Positions 35,990 to 47,946 of a DNA stretch of 64,000 nt are shown here, piece after piece; the stretch's first letter is position 1; every line of letters begins with the position of its first letter. A model generated the notes under the pieces. It saw only the letters and a program-made list of their open reading frames with translations. It was not told the DNA's origin and did not search any database. Location of the stretch: NCBI RefSeq assembly GCF_006345805.1, contig NC_043010.1:58900001-58964000 (forward strand). The letters run 5' to 3'. The position numbers and the translations under genes are program-made. The stretch comes from Octopus sinensis (lineage: Eukaryota).

Positions 35990-36530
35990 GTCCCCCTCAA
36001 AAAAAAACATCCTTTTTAAGAAATTTTTTTGACACAACCCCACCCCACTTTTCAGTTATGGGGAATACAGATCTGCAAAAAAATTGGCAAAAATCAGCAT
36101 TTTTTAATTACCACCATTTCCTTCATTTCTTACTTTTTTCAGAAATCTTTTTCTTTTTTTTCCAAAATATGCGGAATAATACGGAGATTGTAATTCTGAA
36201 AAACATTTCCAAAAATTTTTGTAAAATTTTATCTTAAAATTTTTGTTGTTTTCTAAATATGCAGAAAAATACAGACATTATGATTTGGACAAACATTTCA
36301 AAACACTTCTGTGATTACGGTTGGGGTTTTAAGGTTAGGGTTAGTGTTGGGGAAACAGTCAATATTGAAGAATTTGGGGGGAGTGGGGGGGGGGGAATTT
36401 TACAATGCTGATTTTTGGCAATTTTCCAGAACCTCCGTATTTGAAAACGGGGGTCTTTGGCAAAAACAATTTTTTGAATATACAAATTTGGGAGAAAATG
36501 GGGTTAGGGGTGGAAGTCTTTCTAAGGATC
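35990..36530. mobile_element. Unclassified AT-rich element with internal inverted motif
   Basis: GGCAAAAATCAGCATT (~36086) and AATGCTGATTTTTGGCA (~36403) are inverted. Also G-rich and GGTTAGGGTTAG segments. Confidence 0.4.
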
Positions 36531-36559
36531 TTTCTAAATGACCACCTGAACCAAAGACC

Positions 36560-36800
36560 CCATCTACCAGACAGTCTTCTGCATGAGTATGTGTCACAGA
36601 CTTCATACAGTCAACATATTAAGGCCTTCCAACCATTTCACAACCAATATCTACACAAGATTCTCCCAGTTAATAACAATTCCGCACACAGAAACTTCTC
36701 GTGGAACGAAAACCGGCAGCATCAAAGATACATTATACAGGAGTCAACTAACATGAGTCGGACATGTAGTGCGAGTCCGCTCCTGTCTTTTAGAGTCCTG
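36560..36800 (+). mobile_element. Old RTE (BovB-like) fragment
   Basis: HIKAFQPFHNQYLHKIL and GSIKDTLYRSQL...GHVVR resemble the RTE post-RT motifs FHxRCLRxIL and QLRWxGHVxR. Confidence 0.55.
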
Positions 36801-37029
36801 TATGTCCAGCCACATTACAGTCATTATTGGATTGGATGATCAAGGAAATTATTCAAACACCACCTGAAGACTATTAGTTTTATCAAGTTTTAGAACGATG
36901 ACTGGCTGAGTTGACCTTGGCAGGAATTACTATTTTCCCAACAACAATTTACAGACATTTCAACATTTCATTTGATATTTTCTCAACAAAAAATGTTAAA
37001 TACAACTGAAAGAAGATCATGGAATAGAA

Positions 37030-37632
37030 GTCTTGGACACTAAACTCTGCTTGTGAAGGAAGACCTGTTGAGGCAAGGGAAATCAAAATCAAAATCAAAA
37101 TCAAATTCGATGACTGGCATCCGTGCTAGTAGGGTGCTAAGAGCACCATATGAGTGTGATTGTTGACAGAGCGGCTAACCGGCTTCCGTGCCAGTGGCAC
37201 ATAAAAGGCACCATTCGAATGTGATCGTCACCAGCATCGCCTTACTGGCACTTGTGCCCCGTGCTAGTAGGGTGCTAAGAGCACCATCCAAGCATGATCG
37301 TTGCCAGAGCAGCTAACTGGCTTCCATGCCTGTGGCACGTGAAAGGCACCATTCGAGCGTGATCGTTACCAGCATCACCTTACTGGCACCTGTGCCAGTG
37401 GTATGTGTAAAAGGATTTGAGCGAGGTCTTGGCCAGTACCACCTGACTGGCCCCCATGCCGGTGGCATGTAAATGCACATCGTTAGGAAGGGCATCCAGC
37501 TGTAGAAACTCTGCCAGATCAAGATTGGAGCCTGGTGCAGCTATCTGGTTTGCCAGTCCAGAGTCAAAATCGTCCAACCCATGCTAGCATGGAAAGCAAA
37601 CGTTAAACGATGGTGATGATGATGATGATGAG
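37030..37632 (+). mobile_element. RTE family 3' UTR with ~138-bp tandem module and (GAT)n tail
   Basis: Modules at 37118-37258 and 37259-37397; ends CCAACCCATGCTAGCATGGAAAGCAAACGTTAAACGATGGTGATGATG. Confidence 0.85.
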
Positions 37633-37658
37633 AATTGTAGCATAAATGAATCCAAAGC

Positions 37659-37705
<47 letters not shown>

Positions 37706-37747
37706 GTATATGTATATATATGTGCGTGTGTGTGTGCTTATACATAT

Positions 37748-38972
37748 ATCAAAAAGTTCCCGGACTACTTCTGTAGTGAGCCAATAGATAGCAGCACACA
37801 GTTGCATATGCAGTGTGAGAGCTGGCAGTGACCTTCATGAGGCAGTGTGCTGAGTGACATTGCTGTGTTTACTTGGCAAATTGTGAAATTTGTGTTTTGC
37901 GATCATGTGCATGGTGTAGTCTGCGACTTTTGTCTTGGACAGGAAATTGGAATAAAGAACCAGCATGAAATGTTCGTGTTAAACAATGTCTGCTACAGAG
38001 ACATTAAGCAGGCTTCAGAAAGCTTCCAGCAATGAGGCAATAGGTCATACGCAATGTTTCAAGTGGTACAGGTGCTTCAAAACCAAAAGAATGTCCCTGG
38101 AAGACTATGAAGAATCTGGAAGATCTTCCATGAGTGCCACCACCAGTAATATGGAGAAAATTCTTCAGTTTGTGCATGAAGATCGTCGGAGGACAATCAA
38201 CGGCATTGATGATGTTGTTGGTCTGTCGTTTGGGACAGTTTGGGTCAGACCCAACGTCTGAATGGAACATGCAGCATGTCTCTGCCAAGTTTAACCCTTT
38301 CCCTGCTGACCACTGAACAGACAGAACATCGCATTGGAGTCTGTCAAGATTTCCATCAACCGATTGTCGCTGGTGACCCATCCTTCATGTCAAGGGTCGA
38401 AGAAGGTACAACAGAACCTCAGCTCAATCAAGAGCATGCTCAAATTTTAGTTTTATCATCCTCCATTTTACATCAAGAATTCCCCCCCCACCTCCAGGGC
38501 CAGAGAGTCCTGCTGCAATATTTTGAAGCGTTTGAGGGAGGAAATTTGGTGAAAGCAACCACTTCTCTGTGGAGTGTGAAGAATTGGATTCTTCATGATG
38601 ACAATGCACTTTGTCACCAAACTTTCCTCATTCATGAGTTTCTTGCCAAAAAACAACATGGTACCACTTCTGCACCTGCCCTATTCACCAGATTTAGGCA
38701 CCTGTGGAGTTCCATCTCTTCCCCAAGATGAAAAGGCAGCTCAAAGGTCACTGTTTTAACTCTGTTCTTGAGATCCAGAGCGAATTGCAGAAGGTCCTCG
38801 ACTCGTTTATGAAAAACAATTTCCAGGCCGGATTCCAAAAGTGGCAGGAATGCTGGGGCCAGTGTATTGCTGTGCAAGGTGACTACTTCAAAGGTGATGA
38901 TGTTAAAACTTAGGTAAATAAGTTATATTTTATTAAACATAACTAGACCAGGAACTTTTTGATGCCACCTCG
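37748..38972 (+). mobile_element. Near-full-length degenerate mariner transposon
   Basis: TIRs ATCAAAAAGTTCCCGG / CCAGGAACTTTTTGATGCCACCTCG|TA. Translations SATETLSRLQ...WYRCFK...EDYEESGRSS, LHDDNALCH and LFPKMKRQLKG...FQKWQECWGQCIAVQGDYF. Confidence 0.92.
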
Positions 38973-39102
38973 TATGTGTATACATACATATACATATATG
39001 CATATGTACAATGTGTGTGTGAGAGAGACAGACAGACAGACAGACAGAGACCAGTCTTTTCTGTCAAACCTGGTGTATTAAAAACATGTTGGAACTTAGT
39101 CC

Positions 39103-40005
39103 TAAGCCATTCCTACATCTTAGCCATTCCGACATCTTAGCCATTCCTACATCTTAGCCATTCCGACATCTTAGCCATTCCGACATCTTAGCCATTCCGA
39201 CATCTTAGCCATTCCGACATCTTAGCCATTCCGACATCTTAGCCATTCCGACATCTTAGCCATTCCGACATCTTAGCCATTCCGACATCTTAGCCATTCC
39301 GACATCTTAGCCATTCCGACATCTTAGCCATTCCGACATCTTAGCCATTCCGACATCTTAGCCATTCCGACATCTTAGCCATTCCGACATCTTAGCCATT
39401 CCGACAACTTAGCCATTCCGACATCTTAGCCATTCCGACATCTTAGCCATTCCGACATCTTAGCCATTCCGACATCTTAGCCATTCCGACATCTTAGCCA
39501 TTCCGACATCTTAGCCATTCCTACATCTTAGCCATTCCTACATCTTAGCCATTCCGACATCTTAGCCATTCCGACATCTTAGCCATTCCGACATCTTAGC
39601 CATTCCGACATCTTAGCCATTCCGACATCTTAGCCATTCCGGCATCTTAGCCATTCCGGCATCTTAGCCATTCCGGCATCTTAGCCATTCCGACATCTTA
39701 GCCATTCCGACATCTTAGCCATTCCGACATCTTAGCCATTCCGACATCTTAGCCATTCCGACATCTTAGCCATTCCTACATCTTAGCCATTCCGACATCT
39801 TAGCCATTCCTACAACTTAGCCATTCCGACATCTTAGCCATTCCGACATCTTAGCCATTCCGACATCTTAGCCATTCCTACATCTTAGCCATTCCGACAT
39901 CTTAGCCATTCCGACATCTTAGCCATTCCGACATCTTAGCCATTCCTACATCTTAGCCATTCCGACATCTTAGCCATTCCTACATCTTAGCCATTCCGAC
40001 ATCTT
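39103..40005 (+). repeat. 17-bp minisatellite (TTAGCCATTCCGACATC), about 53 copies
   Basis: Head-to-tail units with a few recurrent variants (CCTAC, CCGGC, ACAAC) and no spacers. Confidence 0.97.
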
Positions 40006-40019
40006 ATCTATTCCTCCAT

Positions 40020-40400
40020 GTTTGGTCACCATTTCAACAATCAAATTGGTTTGTGGTTGACAATGATTGCATTGTCTTCCGTTCATTTGTCAGTAGATGT
40101 GACACATGATGAATCCCTAAATTTTTTTCCTGGTACTAACTTCTACAGTTACCTCCTCCATTACAATCTCCACGGACAGCCAGACGGTAGTTTCCACGAA
40201 TCACAACATCAGCAATTGCCATGCCATCACCATCCATTGTCGTTGTGGAAGATCTGCCTGACTTGGAATCCTCTTCAGTGGATGTTCCTCCAAAACTCAT
40301 CCTGCTGCCTCAACTTCTGACATTACGTGCAACATTAGAAATGTCTCCGTAACAGCTTTCCCCAATTTTAAGCAGAATTTCACACAAACACGTCAGTCTT
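40020..40400 (-). mobile_element. Degenerate mariner 5' fragment
   Basis: Frameshifted translation CVKFCLKLGKAVTETFLML...EEDSKSGRSSTT...GDQTW. Confidence 0.7.
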
Positions 40401-40689
40401 CCAAATCCGTCATTGTTTATCTTGCAATAAATCTCAAAGTGTGCTAAACCTACCTTCACTCCGGCACCAATAGCACCATAATTGCCAAACATGGTGTGAT
40501 GGGGTCATCCTGAAGCTGAAGGTCAAGCTGTTCCACACACAGCAGCTGATTGGCACAGTTTTGAAAGTTTTAAAACTGTTTTGGACAGACGTGACATTTA
40601 TTAAACTAACAGCAATAACAACAACAACAACCACATAGTAAAGCTCATTGATGATCACAAGAGGCGTAAGATGCTTCATTCTCTCGTGA

Positions 40690-41755
40690 AATTTGCTTTT
40701 GAGTTCAATGCAGGATGTCCAGGCGGAACAGCATGATGGAAGTGCAGCAACTGTTGTTGCAAGGAAGAGGCAGGAGAAGAAAATTGTGCCTGGAAAATAT
40801 GTGGCCCGTAGCAAGCAAACTGATGTGGACCAGAAGCACAGCCATCAACGGAGCTCAAGGATGAAGGCAAAGAACAAAGTCTTCATTTTAGCTGTACAAA
40901 ATCAAAGCTTATTGATCCGGAACTACCAAACCAATATGATGGAAAATGGAACAAACCAAAAGTGCCAATTCTGCAATGATGAGATTTAAAGAGAGGACCA
41001 CTTAATCTTTGGCTGTAAAGTTTTAACACCAGAGTTGACCAATATTTACCCTGGTTAATATGTTAGCATTATAAAACCAAAACTGTTGATAAAATTTCAA
41101 TAAGCACCACCCTGAGGCTGTAACTGAAGGAGAAAATGTAACGATTCTTTGAGACGTTCCGGTACCCACAGACCAAACCACCAAAGCTAATAAACCAAAT
41201 ATTGTTGTGAAAGACCAAAACAATAAAAGCAACACTCAACCTGAGTATTCCTTTATTATATATATATTATTATATATATATTCCTGTATTATATTATATA
41301 TTATTATATATATATTATTATATATATATATATTCCTGTATTATATTTACTCAGTGAAAGAATTCGATAAGACTTTAAAATATAAAAATTTCTTCATTGA
41401 AATCGAAAAAAACGTAGCATCACCAGTGATTGTAGGAACACTTTGAATTATCAAAAAAGGAAATGAAAATGATCTGAGACTGACCCCTGGCTTACCATCC
41501 ATGCAAGAAGTGCAAAAGATTGTTTCAACAGGTATATGACACGTATTGAGAAAAGCAATGTCACCGTGTGATTTGGTTTTTGCTTTCTTCTATTTTCTTT
41601 TTCGTTCTTTCACTTAACTTGTCTTTGTAAATGAACAATCTGGTGGGTTTATTTTAATGGATTATTGATGTATACAGTAAGTTTCTTTGCCCCAGGTGTC
41701 GGGAGGACACTCGACAAGAAATGGAAACAAAATTGAAAGGAGAAAATCTAATAAT
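40690..41755 (+). mobile_element. R4/Dong-type element 3' part (CCHC plus RLE plus 3' UTR), interrupted by (TA)n
   Basis: FILAVQNQSLLIRNYQTNMMENGTNQKCQFC...HLIFGC, then TDQTTKANKPNIVVKD, then VIVGTL and PGLPSMQEVQKIV. The 3' end runs into TAATAATAA. Confidence 0.85.
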
Positions 41756-42116
41756 AACAAGAACACTCAGAGAGCACAAACCTCCACCAAGGCAACACCA
41801 ACATCCTCTCAATGATTAGCCAAAGATAATTTTTTAAATGAGAATATCTGAAATAAACTCGACTCTTCTCACGCATGAGAATACTAAAAATGAACCCAAC
41901 CCCTCTCAAAAATTAAGTTAAGAAAACAGAAAAATAATCCAGAATTCTTGTCTGGTATTGGATTGATCCCAAAATCTAATCAGTTCGTGCCAGGTACATG
42001 GCCAAACATCTCTGAAAGTTTCATCTGAATCCATCCATCAGTTCTTGAGATATCTTATCTACAGACGGCAAGCGCAACAGAAAACATTACTTCCGCCTTC
42101 GCTAAGGCCGAGGTAA
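41756..42116 (+). mobile_element. Helentron/DINE-1-like non-autonomous element
   Basis: 5' AACAAG...ACCTCCACCAAGG and 3' TTACTTCCGCCTTCGCTAAGGCCGAGGTAA hairpin; inserted in TAA repeats without TSD. Confidence 0.65.
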
Positions 42117-43328
42117 TAATAATAATAATGATAATGATAATAATAATTGTTTAGCCACAGTAATAATATTAAAGAAGCGAATACAAGAAACAAGGCAGTA
42201 TTTTTTATTAATTGTCAGGTTGAAGTGATTTACATCTTTGCAACCTTCATAGTTCAATGTGTGTGTGTGTGTGTGTGTGTTATAGTCTTCATGGACCCCA
42301 TTAATTTTGATTGAGTTGAACACCTAACATATCTTTTCTGATATTAACATTCACTGCCTCAGACATCATCTCCGCAATGAATGAAACAAATGTTATTCGG
42401 CAAATGATTCTGATAGATTCCCCATCAGTGCTTGAAGGGATGCAGACACCCAACTTGCACTCCTTCTAACCAACTGCAAGAGAAAATCTTTCGACTTTGG
42501 CGAAATACCAAAATACTTTTTATCCCAATCTGTCGTCCCTGTCTTCAGAAATGGGAACAGTTCTCCTGCAGTTAACACTCACCCAGTTTCACTCTGCTCC
42601 CATTTCATCAAACCATTTGCAAAGATAATGAGATCAAGGATAACTGGCTTCCTGGAAAGTAACAATCTCCTAAATTTCACAGAGTATTCTTTCCATTGAG
42701 ACCGAGTCTACCTAACAAAGCTTTTACCATCACATTGATGAGATCCTTGAAGTTTTGGGAATGGACTTCAACACTGGTCTTATATATCTTGACTTCAGCA
42801 AAACCTTTGACAGAGTCAACCACAACATCCCACCATTAAAATGACCCCATATTGGAATCAATGGTAAACTGCTGCATTGGATCGAGTATTTCCTGGTGGA
42901 CAGAACCCAACAAGTTGTAATCGATAGAATCGACTCAAACTTCAGCAAGTATCCCATGTGATGTTTCCCAAGGGTCTGTTTTGGGCCCACTTCTCTTTAA
43001 AGTCTATATAAAGGACATCTTCAGTGTCATCAAGTGCAGTAAAAAATGAAAGACCACTCAAAGTTTCAAAAATCTCATCAAGGGAAAAAGAGACCGAACA
43101 AAACTTCATTCTGGTCTACAGATTATGAGTCAATGGGTGCAAAGAAACAATATACTGCTGTGGGGGAAATTTGAACTCATACAGTTTGGGGAAGAGAATG
43201 TGCTCAAAGAACGAAACTTTCTTCAGTCAAGAGAACCACACGTTACATCCAATAATATCAGGAACTTAGGGGTAATTGTTGGCAACAATCTCAGTTGCAG
43301 TACTCACTTCAATAATAAAATCAATAAT

Positions 43329-43597
43329 ACAGTTCTATATTTAAGAGATGAGGAATTATGTACATTATTTACGTTATTTACATTTGACAGATATTTGTTC
43401 TCATCTTGTTTGTTGTAAACACAATGTTTCGGCTGATATACCCTTCAGCCTTCATCAGGTGTCTTGGGGAAATTTCGAACCTGGGTTCTCATTCCTAAGG
43501 TATTTTTCGATGTTATTATTATTATTCAGGTCACTGCTTGGAATTGAACTCGGAATTTTGGGGTTAGTAGCCCGTGCTCTAAATCACTATGCCATAT
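43329..43597 (-). mobile_element. tRNA-derived SINE carrying a minimal hammerhead ribozyme motif
   Basis: Head TGGCATAGTGATTTAGAGC (A box) ... CTACTAA loop ... GAGTTCAATTCC (B box), then a (TAA) spacer, then GACAC CTGATGA A GGCTGA-AGGGTATA-TCAGCC GAAAC ATT GTGTT. Confidence 0.75.
43418..43463 (-). ncRNA. Type I minimal (Penelope-type) hammerhead ribozyme motif; probably impaired in this copy
   Basis: Intact CUGAUGA and GAAAC core, 6-bp stem II, 5-bp stem I (GACAC/GUGUU). Stem III reads AC/AU rather than the palindromic AC/GU. Confidence 0.6.
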
Positions 43598-44599
43598 GAA
43601 CCCCTGGGTTCTCAGAACTTTCCAGATCAGAAAGCTAGACATCATTATCCCCCCACTTTTCCCCTCCTTTGTACAGCCATACCTAGAATACCCAAACAAA
43701 ACATGACAAGAATCGAGTCACCCCAGACAATCATCATTCAAAATATAAAAGACACAACTGATTTTCATTATTTGGACGACCTTAAAACACTGAAACTTTA
43801 TCCTCTCCATTGCCGCCGTGAGCACAATATAGAGCACATACCATCATTATTGTCCAAATGACATTAACATTAAGCTCATAATTGAGAGCCCCATGCCATA
43901 CATCATTGTCAACCCTTAGATGTTACTGTTCCGAATCCTAGGACCCGTTTTCCATGGTGTATAAGTGACCAAGATAATAATATTTCCCCTGAACAGGGCA
44001 CCAGTCTGTCACAAAGTCACTCATTTACACCTAAGTAGACTGGACTGGTTTTTAGTGAAGTGCTTTGTTCAACACATCATCCAGTCCAGGAATTAGAAAG
44101 AACAACATTATGACCGTAAGAGCAACACCTTAATCTTTCCCTGCAAAATTCAGGCTAACAACACATAAATACAGGGTAACACAGTTTCTTTTCCTCAACA
44201 GGCCCTGCTCTATTTAACCTTATTCCAAAACAAATCAAGGAAGAAAATGTTCCCATCACCTTCAAATGAAACCTGGACAAATTCCTTCCAGGGACACCAG
44301 ATAAGCCTGGTACATCTATACCTGGATACATCCCAGCTAACAACTTCCAACTTGAAGGGACTTTGATACCACACAGCATGACTTAAAAATGACTTAACAG
44401 ATTCTGTCAGGTGGTGCTATTAAGTTAGACAATGCCTGGGCTTAATTCTGCATATTTAATTGTATATTTTTTTTAACGATTTTACCAACGAATTTATTAT
44501 ATTAGACTTAAATATATACATAAGAATGAGAAGAAAAAAAGTTAAAAATAATTCACCACCTTAGGTTGAAAATTTGGGGTTGCTGGGAAACCTCTCTAA

Positions 44600-46125
44600 T
44601 GACTATTGGGGCACACCAGTAGTAGCTGCCAGTGAAGACAAGAATCTCATGGTCAATGGTCCGACCCCACTAAAGATCTCGAACATCACAGGATGGAAAA
44701 TGTAGTTGGCCAACAGGTTGTGGTACTTCAGGATTTTGTTCTGCTCAGCTGCCGAAGCTGTGGATCTCACCCTGACTGCAGCATCCAGGATATGAGAAGA
44801 TGCAAAGGAGTCGCTAAATGTGACATACCAGACAAGGCATCTGCCTTGCGACCAGGGGCACAGGGTGAGGTAGTCAGGTCTCTTCCCATCACATCTGGAC
44901 AATCCAGATGGTTCCAAGATGGAGGGGATGTTTACCTGGGCCAAGCTCCTTTTGAGTATCAGGTTCAACTCCACATGATGTGCAAAGCGACCAGCATTCA
45001 GGTGGCAAGAAAGGCTGTAGAGGCCCGTGGAGTCGAGGAGCCTGCCACAATGACAGATCAAACCTGTGCATACGTCTGCTCCCACTCTGAGGGCAATGGA
45101 GACACAAAGTTCATCCAAGCTGAGTAGGCCACCAATGTTAGCTGCAGGGATGGCATCAATCCAGTCATCTGAGTACTTGGCGCTAGCAGACAGTGACACC
45201 TTGAAAACTGGTCTGACTGGGTGAAGAGGGAGTCAAAGGTGGACTTCAAAATTATGTTGTCCCAGGATTTCTGACTCTGGTAGTCCTCCACCTTCTCAGG
45301 TGCAGACAAGCCCAATACCCTCCAGTGTTGGAGAGCTTCATCCAACTCCTTATTGGGACTGGTCCATGCTGGTGGGAGAAGATGTTGCTCAACAGGATGG
45401 AGCAGGCGTGAGTGGAGGAAAGGAAGCAAGGGAGAGAGAGGGATGAACACTTACGAAGACCAAGACCCCCAGATTGCTTGGGCAATGCAGCCTGATCACA
45501 GGACATTGGAGGGAGCCCCTGACATTGACTAAGTATTCGAGTCTCTCAAAGATTAGGATGTTGAAGTGTTGGAGGCAAGATGGGAATTGTTGAGAGGAGC
45601 TGATTCAGAACAAATATAGAAGCTTAGGAACCAAAAGGTAATTTCCAAGTATGAAGAAACCTTGATGGGGTTCCATTGCTTCAATATTCTTCAGCAGATG
45701 CTCGAGGGCAGCCACCTTCGACTGGAAGATGGACTCAAAGGCAAGGTCAATAACTGGGGCTCCTAAGGATCACCAAACCGATGAAGAAGGGACTGCAATG
45801 GAAGGGAAGGACCCTGCAAATAGGTCTATAGTTTGCTGATGTTGAGGAGCTGGGTGGTTGAGGATCGAAAGCTCACATTTTGAGCTGTTTACTTGGAGAC
45901 CCTGACGACCAAGCTCCTCCTCAACCATCTTGTTTGCGACGGTGGGCGAGAACCTTGTCCAGGGGTCCCCCCAAACAAGCATCATTGAGATACCAGACGT
46001 TGAGGTCTAGCTTAATCCCCATCTTGGAGATGTCATCAATGCCCAGTGCAAACAGGGCGGGCCCGAGTGGGTTGCCCTGTTGGGCTCCTGAGGCAGAGAT
46101 GATGATTTGGTCACTGAAAGAGAGG
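44600..46125 (-). mobile_element. CRE-clade non-LTR retrotransposon relic (RT plus RLE)
   Basis: GAQQGNPLGPALF...LNVWYLND (RT, YLDD mutated), QAALPKQSGGLGLR, C-x-C...H..SC, and LEPSGLSRCDGKRPD...PWSQGRCLVW...AEQNKILKY...F.PV.FE (RLE). Confidence 0.85.
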
Positions 46126-46439
46126 TAGAAGGGCGCACGATAAACTTGCCATGTGGGACCTTCTCTCTTTCTGAGCCGAGGAGACAGACAGCCCCTTTAA
46201 TGTGCATATATTGTATACGCATTTATACATATATATATTTACACACACACAAATATGTATGTATGTAATATGTCTATCTATCTATGTATATATGTGTGTG
46301 TGTGTGTGTGTGTCTGTTTGTGTTTCTGTGCATTTGCAATATTTCTGGACCCTTTTTTGACCCTTTTTATGTTTCTTTCCCTTTCTTTCTCTCCTTAGAT
46401 TTCTTCGTATTTCGATGTTTCCGAGGCACAGCGTTTTAC

Positions 46440-46680
46440 TTTTCTTACTTCTTTCTTTATTTCTTTCTTTCTTTCTTTCTTCTTCCTCTTTTTCTTCTTC
46501 TTCTTCCTCTATTTCTTCTTCTTCTTGTTGTTGTTCTTCTTCTCCTCCTCCTTCTTCTTCTATTTCTTCTTCTTCTTCTCCTCCTTCTTCTTCTATTTCT
46601 TCTTCTCCTCCTCCTCCTCCTCCTTCTTCTTCTTCTTCTTCTTCTCCTTCTCCTTCTTCTTCTTCTTCCTCTTTTTCTTT
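46440..46680 (+). repeat. (TTC/TCC)n polypyrimidine array (triplex-prone)
   Basis: Directly visible in the sequence. Confidence 0.92.
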
Positions 46681-47174
46681 TGTAACAATAACTGTAAATT
46701 TCTCGTCTAGACAAATCTCGTTCTGCTTCATGTAATATAAATATTCACCCACATTGTTGCCTAGCAACACCAGGAAACATGGAAATATTGGTCACATGTA
46801 CGTGTTAGAATTGGTTGAATTTTCCAAATCGCCAGATTATCCTCCTTTCCTTTGTTTCCTTTCATTTTGTTACATATTTTTGGCAGAAAAAAAACATATT
46901 AGTATTTAACTTTCGATATTTTTCACGCATTTAAACCATTTTTATAAATATTTTCAAATCGTTTTCTTGTTTTTCTAATAAAACAGCTTTTTTTATTTAT
47001 TATCTTTACAACATTTTCTCTCTTTTCTTAAAGATGTCTGCTTGTCTTCGTATTTGTATACCAGAATATTTCTATTTTCTTGAGCGTTCATTTTCTCTTT
47101 GTGTTTTTATATCCTGCACATTTCTTCTTTATTTAGTCTTCACGGTAATCGAAAAGTGGAACTGACAGCCAGAC

Positions 47175-47465
47175 ACTATCCATCTATCTATCTATCCATC
47201 TATCTATCTATCCATCTGTCTATCTATCTATCTATCTATCTATCTATCCATCTATCATCTATCTATCTATCTACCTATCTATCTATCTCTGTCTATCTAT
47301 CTATCTATCTACCTATCTATCTATCTACCTACCTATCTATCTATCTCTGTCTATCTATCTATCTCTATCTATCTATCTACCTATCTATCTATCTCTGTCT
47401 ATCTATCTATCTACCTATCTATCTATCTCTGTCTATCTATCTATCTACCTATCTATCTATCTCTG

Positions 47466-47520
<55 letters not shown>

Positions 47521-47565
47521 GTCTACCTATCTATTTATCTATCCATCTATCTATCTATATCTATA
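47175..47565 (+). repeat. (CTAT)n microsatellite with recurrent CTCTGT and ACCT variants
   Basis: Directly visible in the sequence. Confidence 0.95.
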
Positions 47566-47946
47566 AATGTGTGTGTGTGTGTGTGTGTAAATGAAATAAA
47601 CATTATGTCACTGTAAATATGATTACGTCAAAGTTGATCGGGGATAAGTATTATGAGAAACTCGACAACGAATTACAGTAGAAGCGTATAAATAAAATAC
47701 TGAAATGGTTTACAGATTTGCGGAAATATAGGAAACTAGAGGAGAATTAAAAGTCTCAGGAAATTATCTTAAAATAACTGAAGAGACTTAGAAAAAATGT
47801 ACAGTTTTAAAGTTGGAACTGTAGATGAAACAGTTACTCCATGTTGGAAAAAAAAAGATGCTACTTTGGTTTTCAATTATCTGACTGACAAAAAAAGTAT
47901 TTTATTAGAAAAACTGGGAATACAAACACGGAAACACGTCTGACTT

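Larger units (their letters stand above)
42380..44390 (+). mobile_element. Old CR1-group LINE (RT to 3' end), fragmented and interrupted by a SINE
   Basis: Frameshifted DFSKTFDRVNH, GINGKLLHWIEYFLVDRTQQVVID, LKLYPLHCRRE and FKxNLDKFL...PDKP...PGY remnants. Confidence 0.75.

Noticed and set aside
36333-36344. Interstitial telomeric repeat
   Set aside because: Only two TTAGGG-like units inside another repeat; expected by chance or as part of that element.
39103-40005. CRISPR-like regular array
   Set aside because: Units are contiguous 17-mers with no unique spacers, no cas genes are present, and the context is eukaryotic. It is a minisatellite.
43528-43597. tRNA gene
   Set aside because: It has A and B boxes but no complete cloverleaf or acceptor stem, and it continues into a SINE body. 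The same applies to the other tRNA-like heads.
46282-46770. Poly-Glu, poly-Arg and poly-Ser ORFs
   Set aside because: Translations of the (TTC/TCC)n tract.
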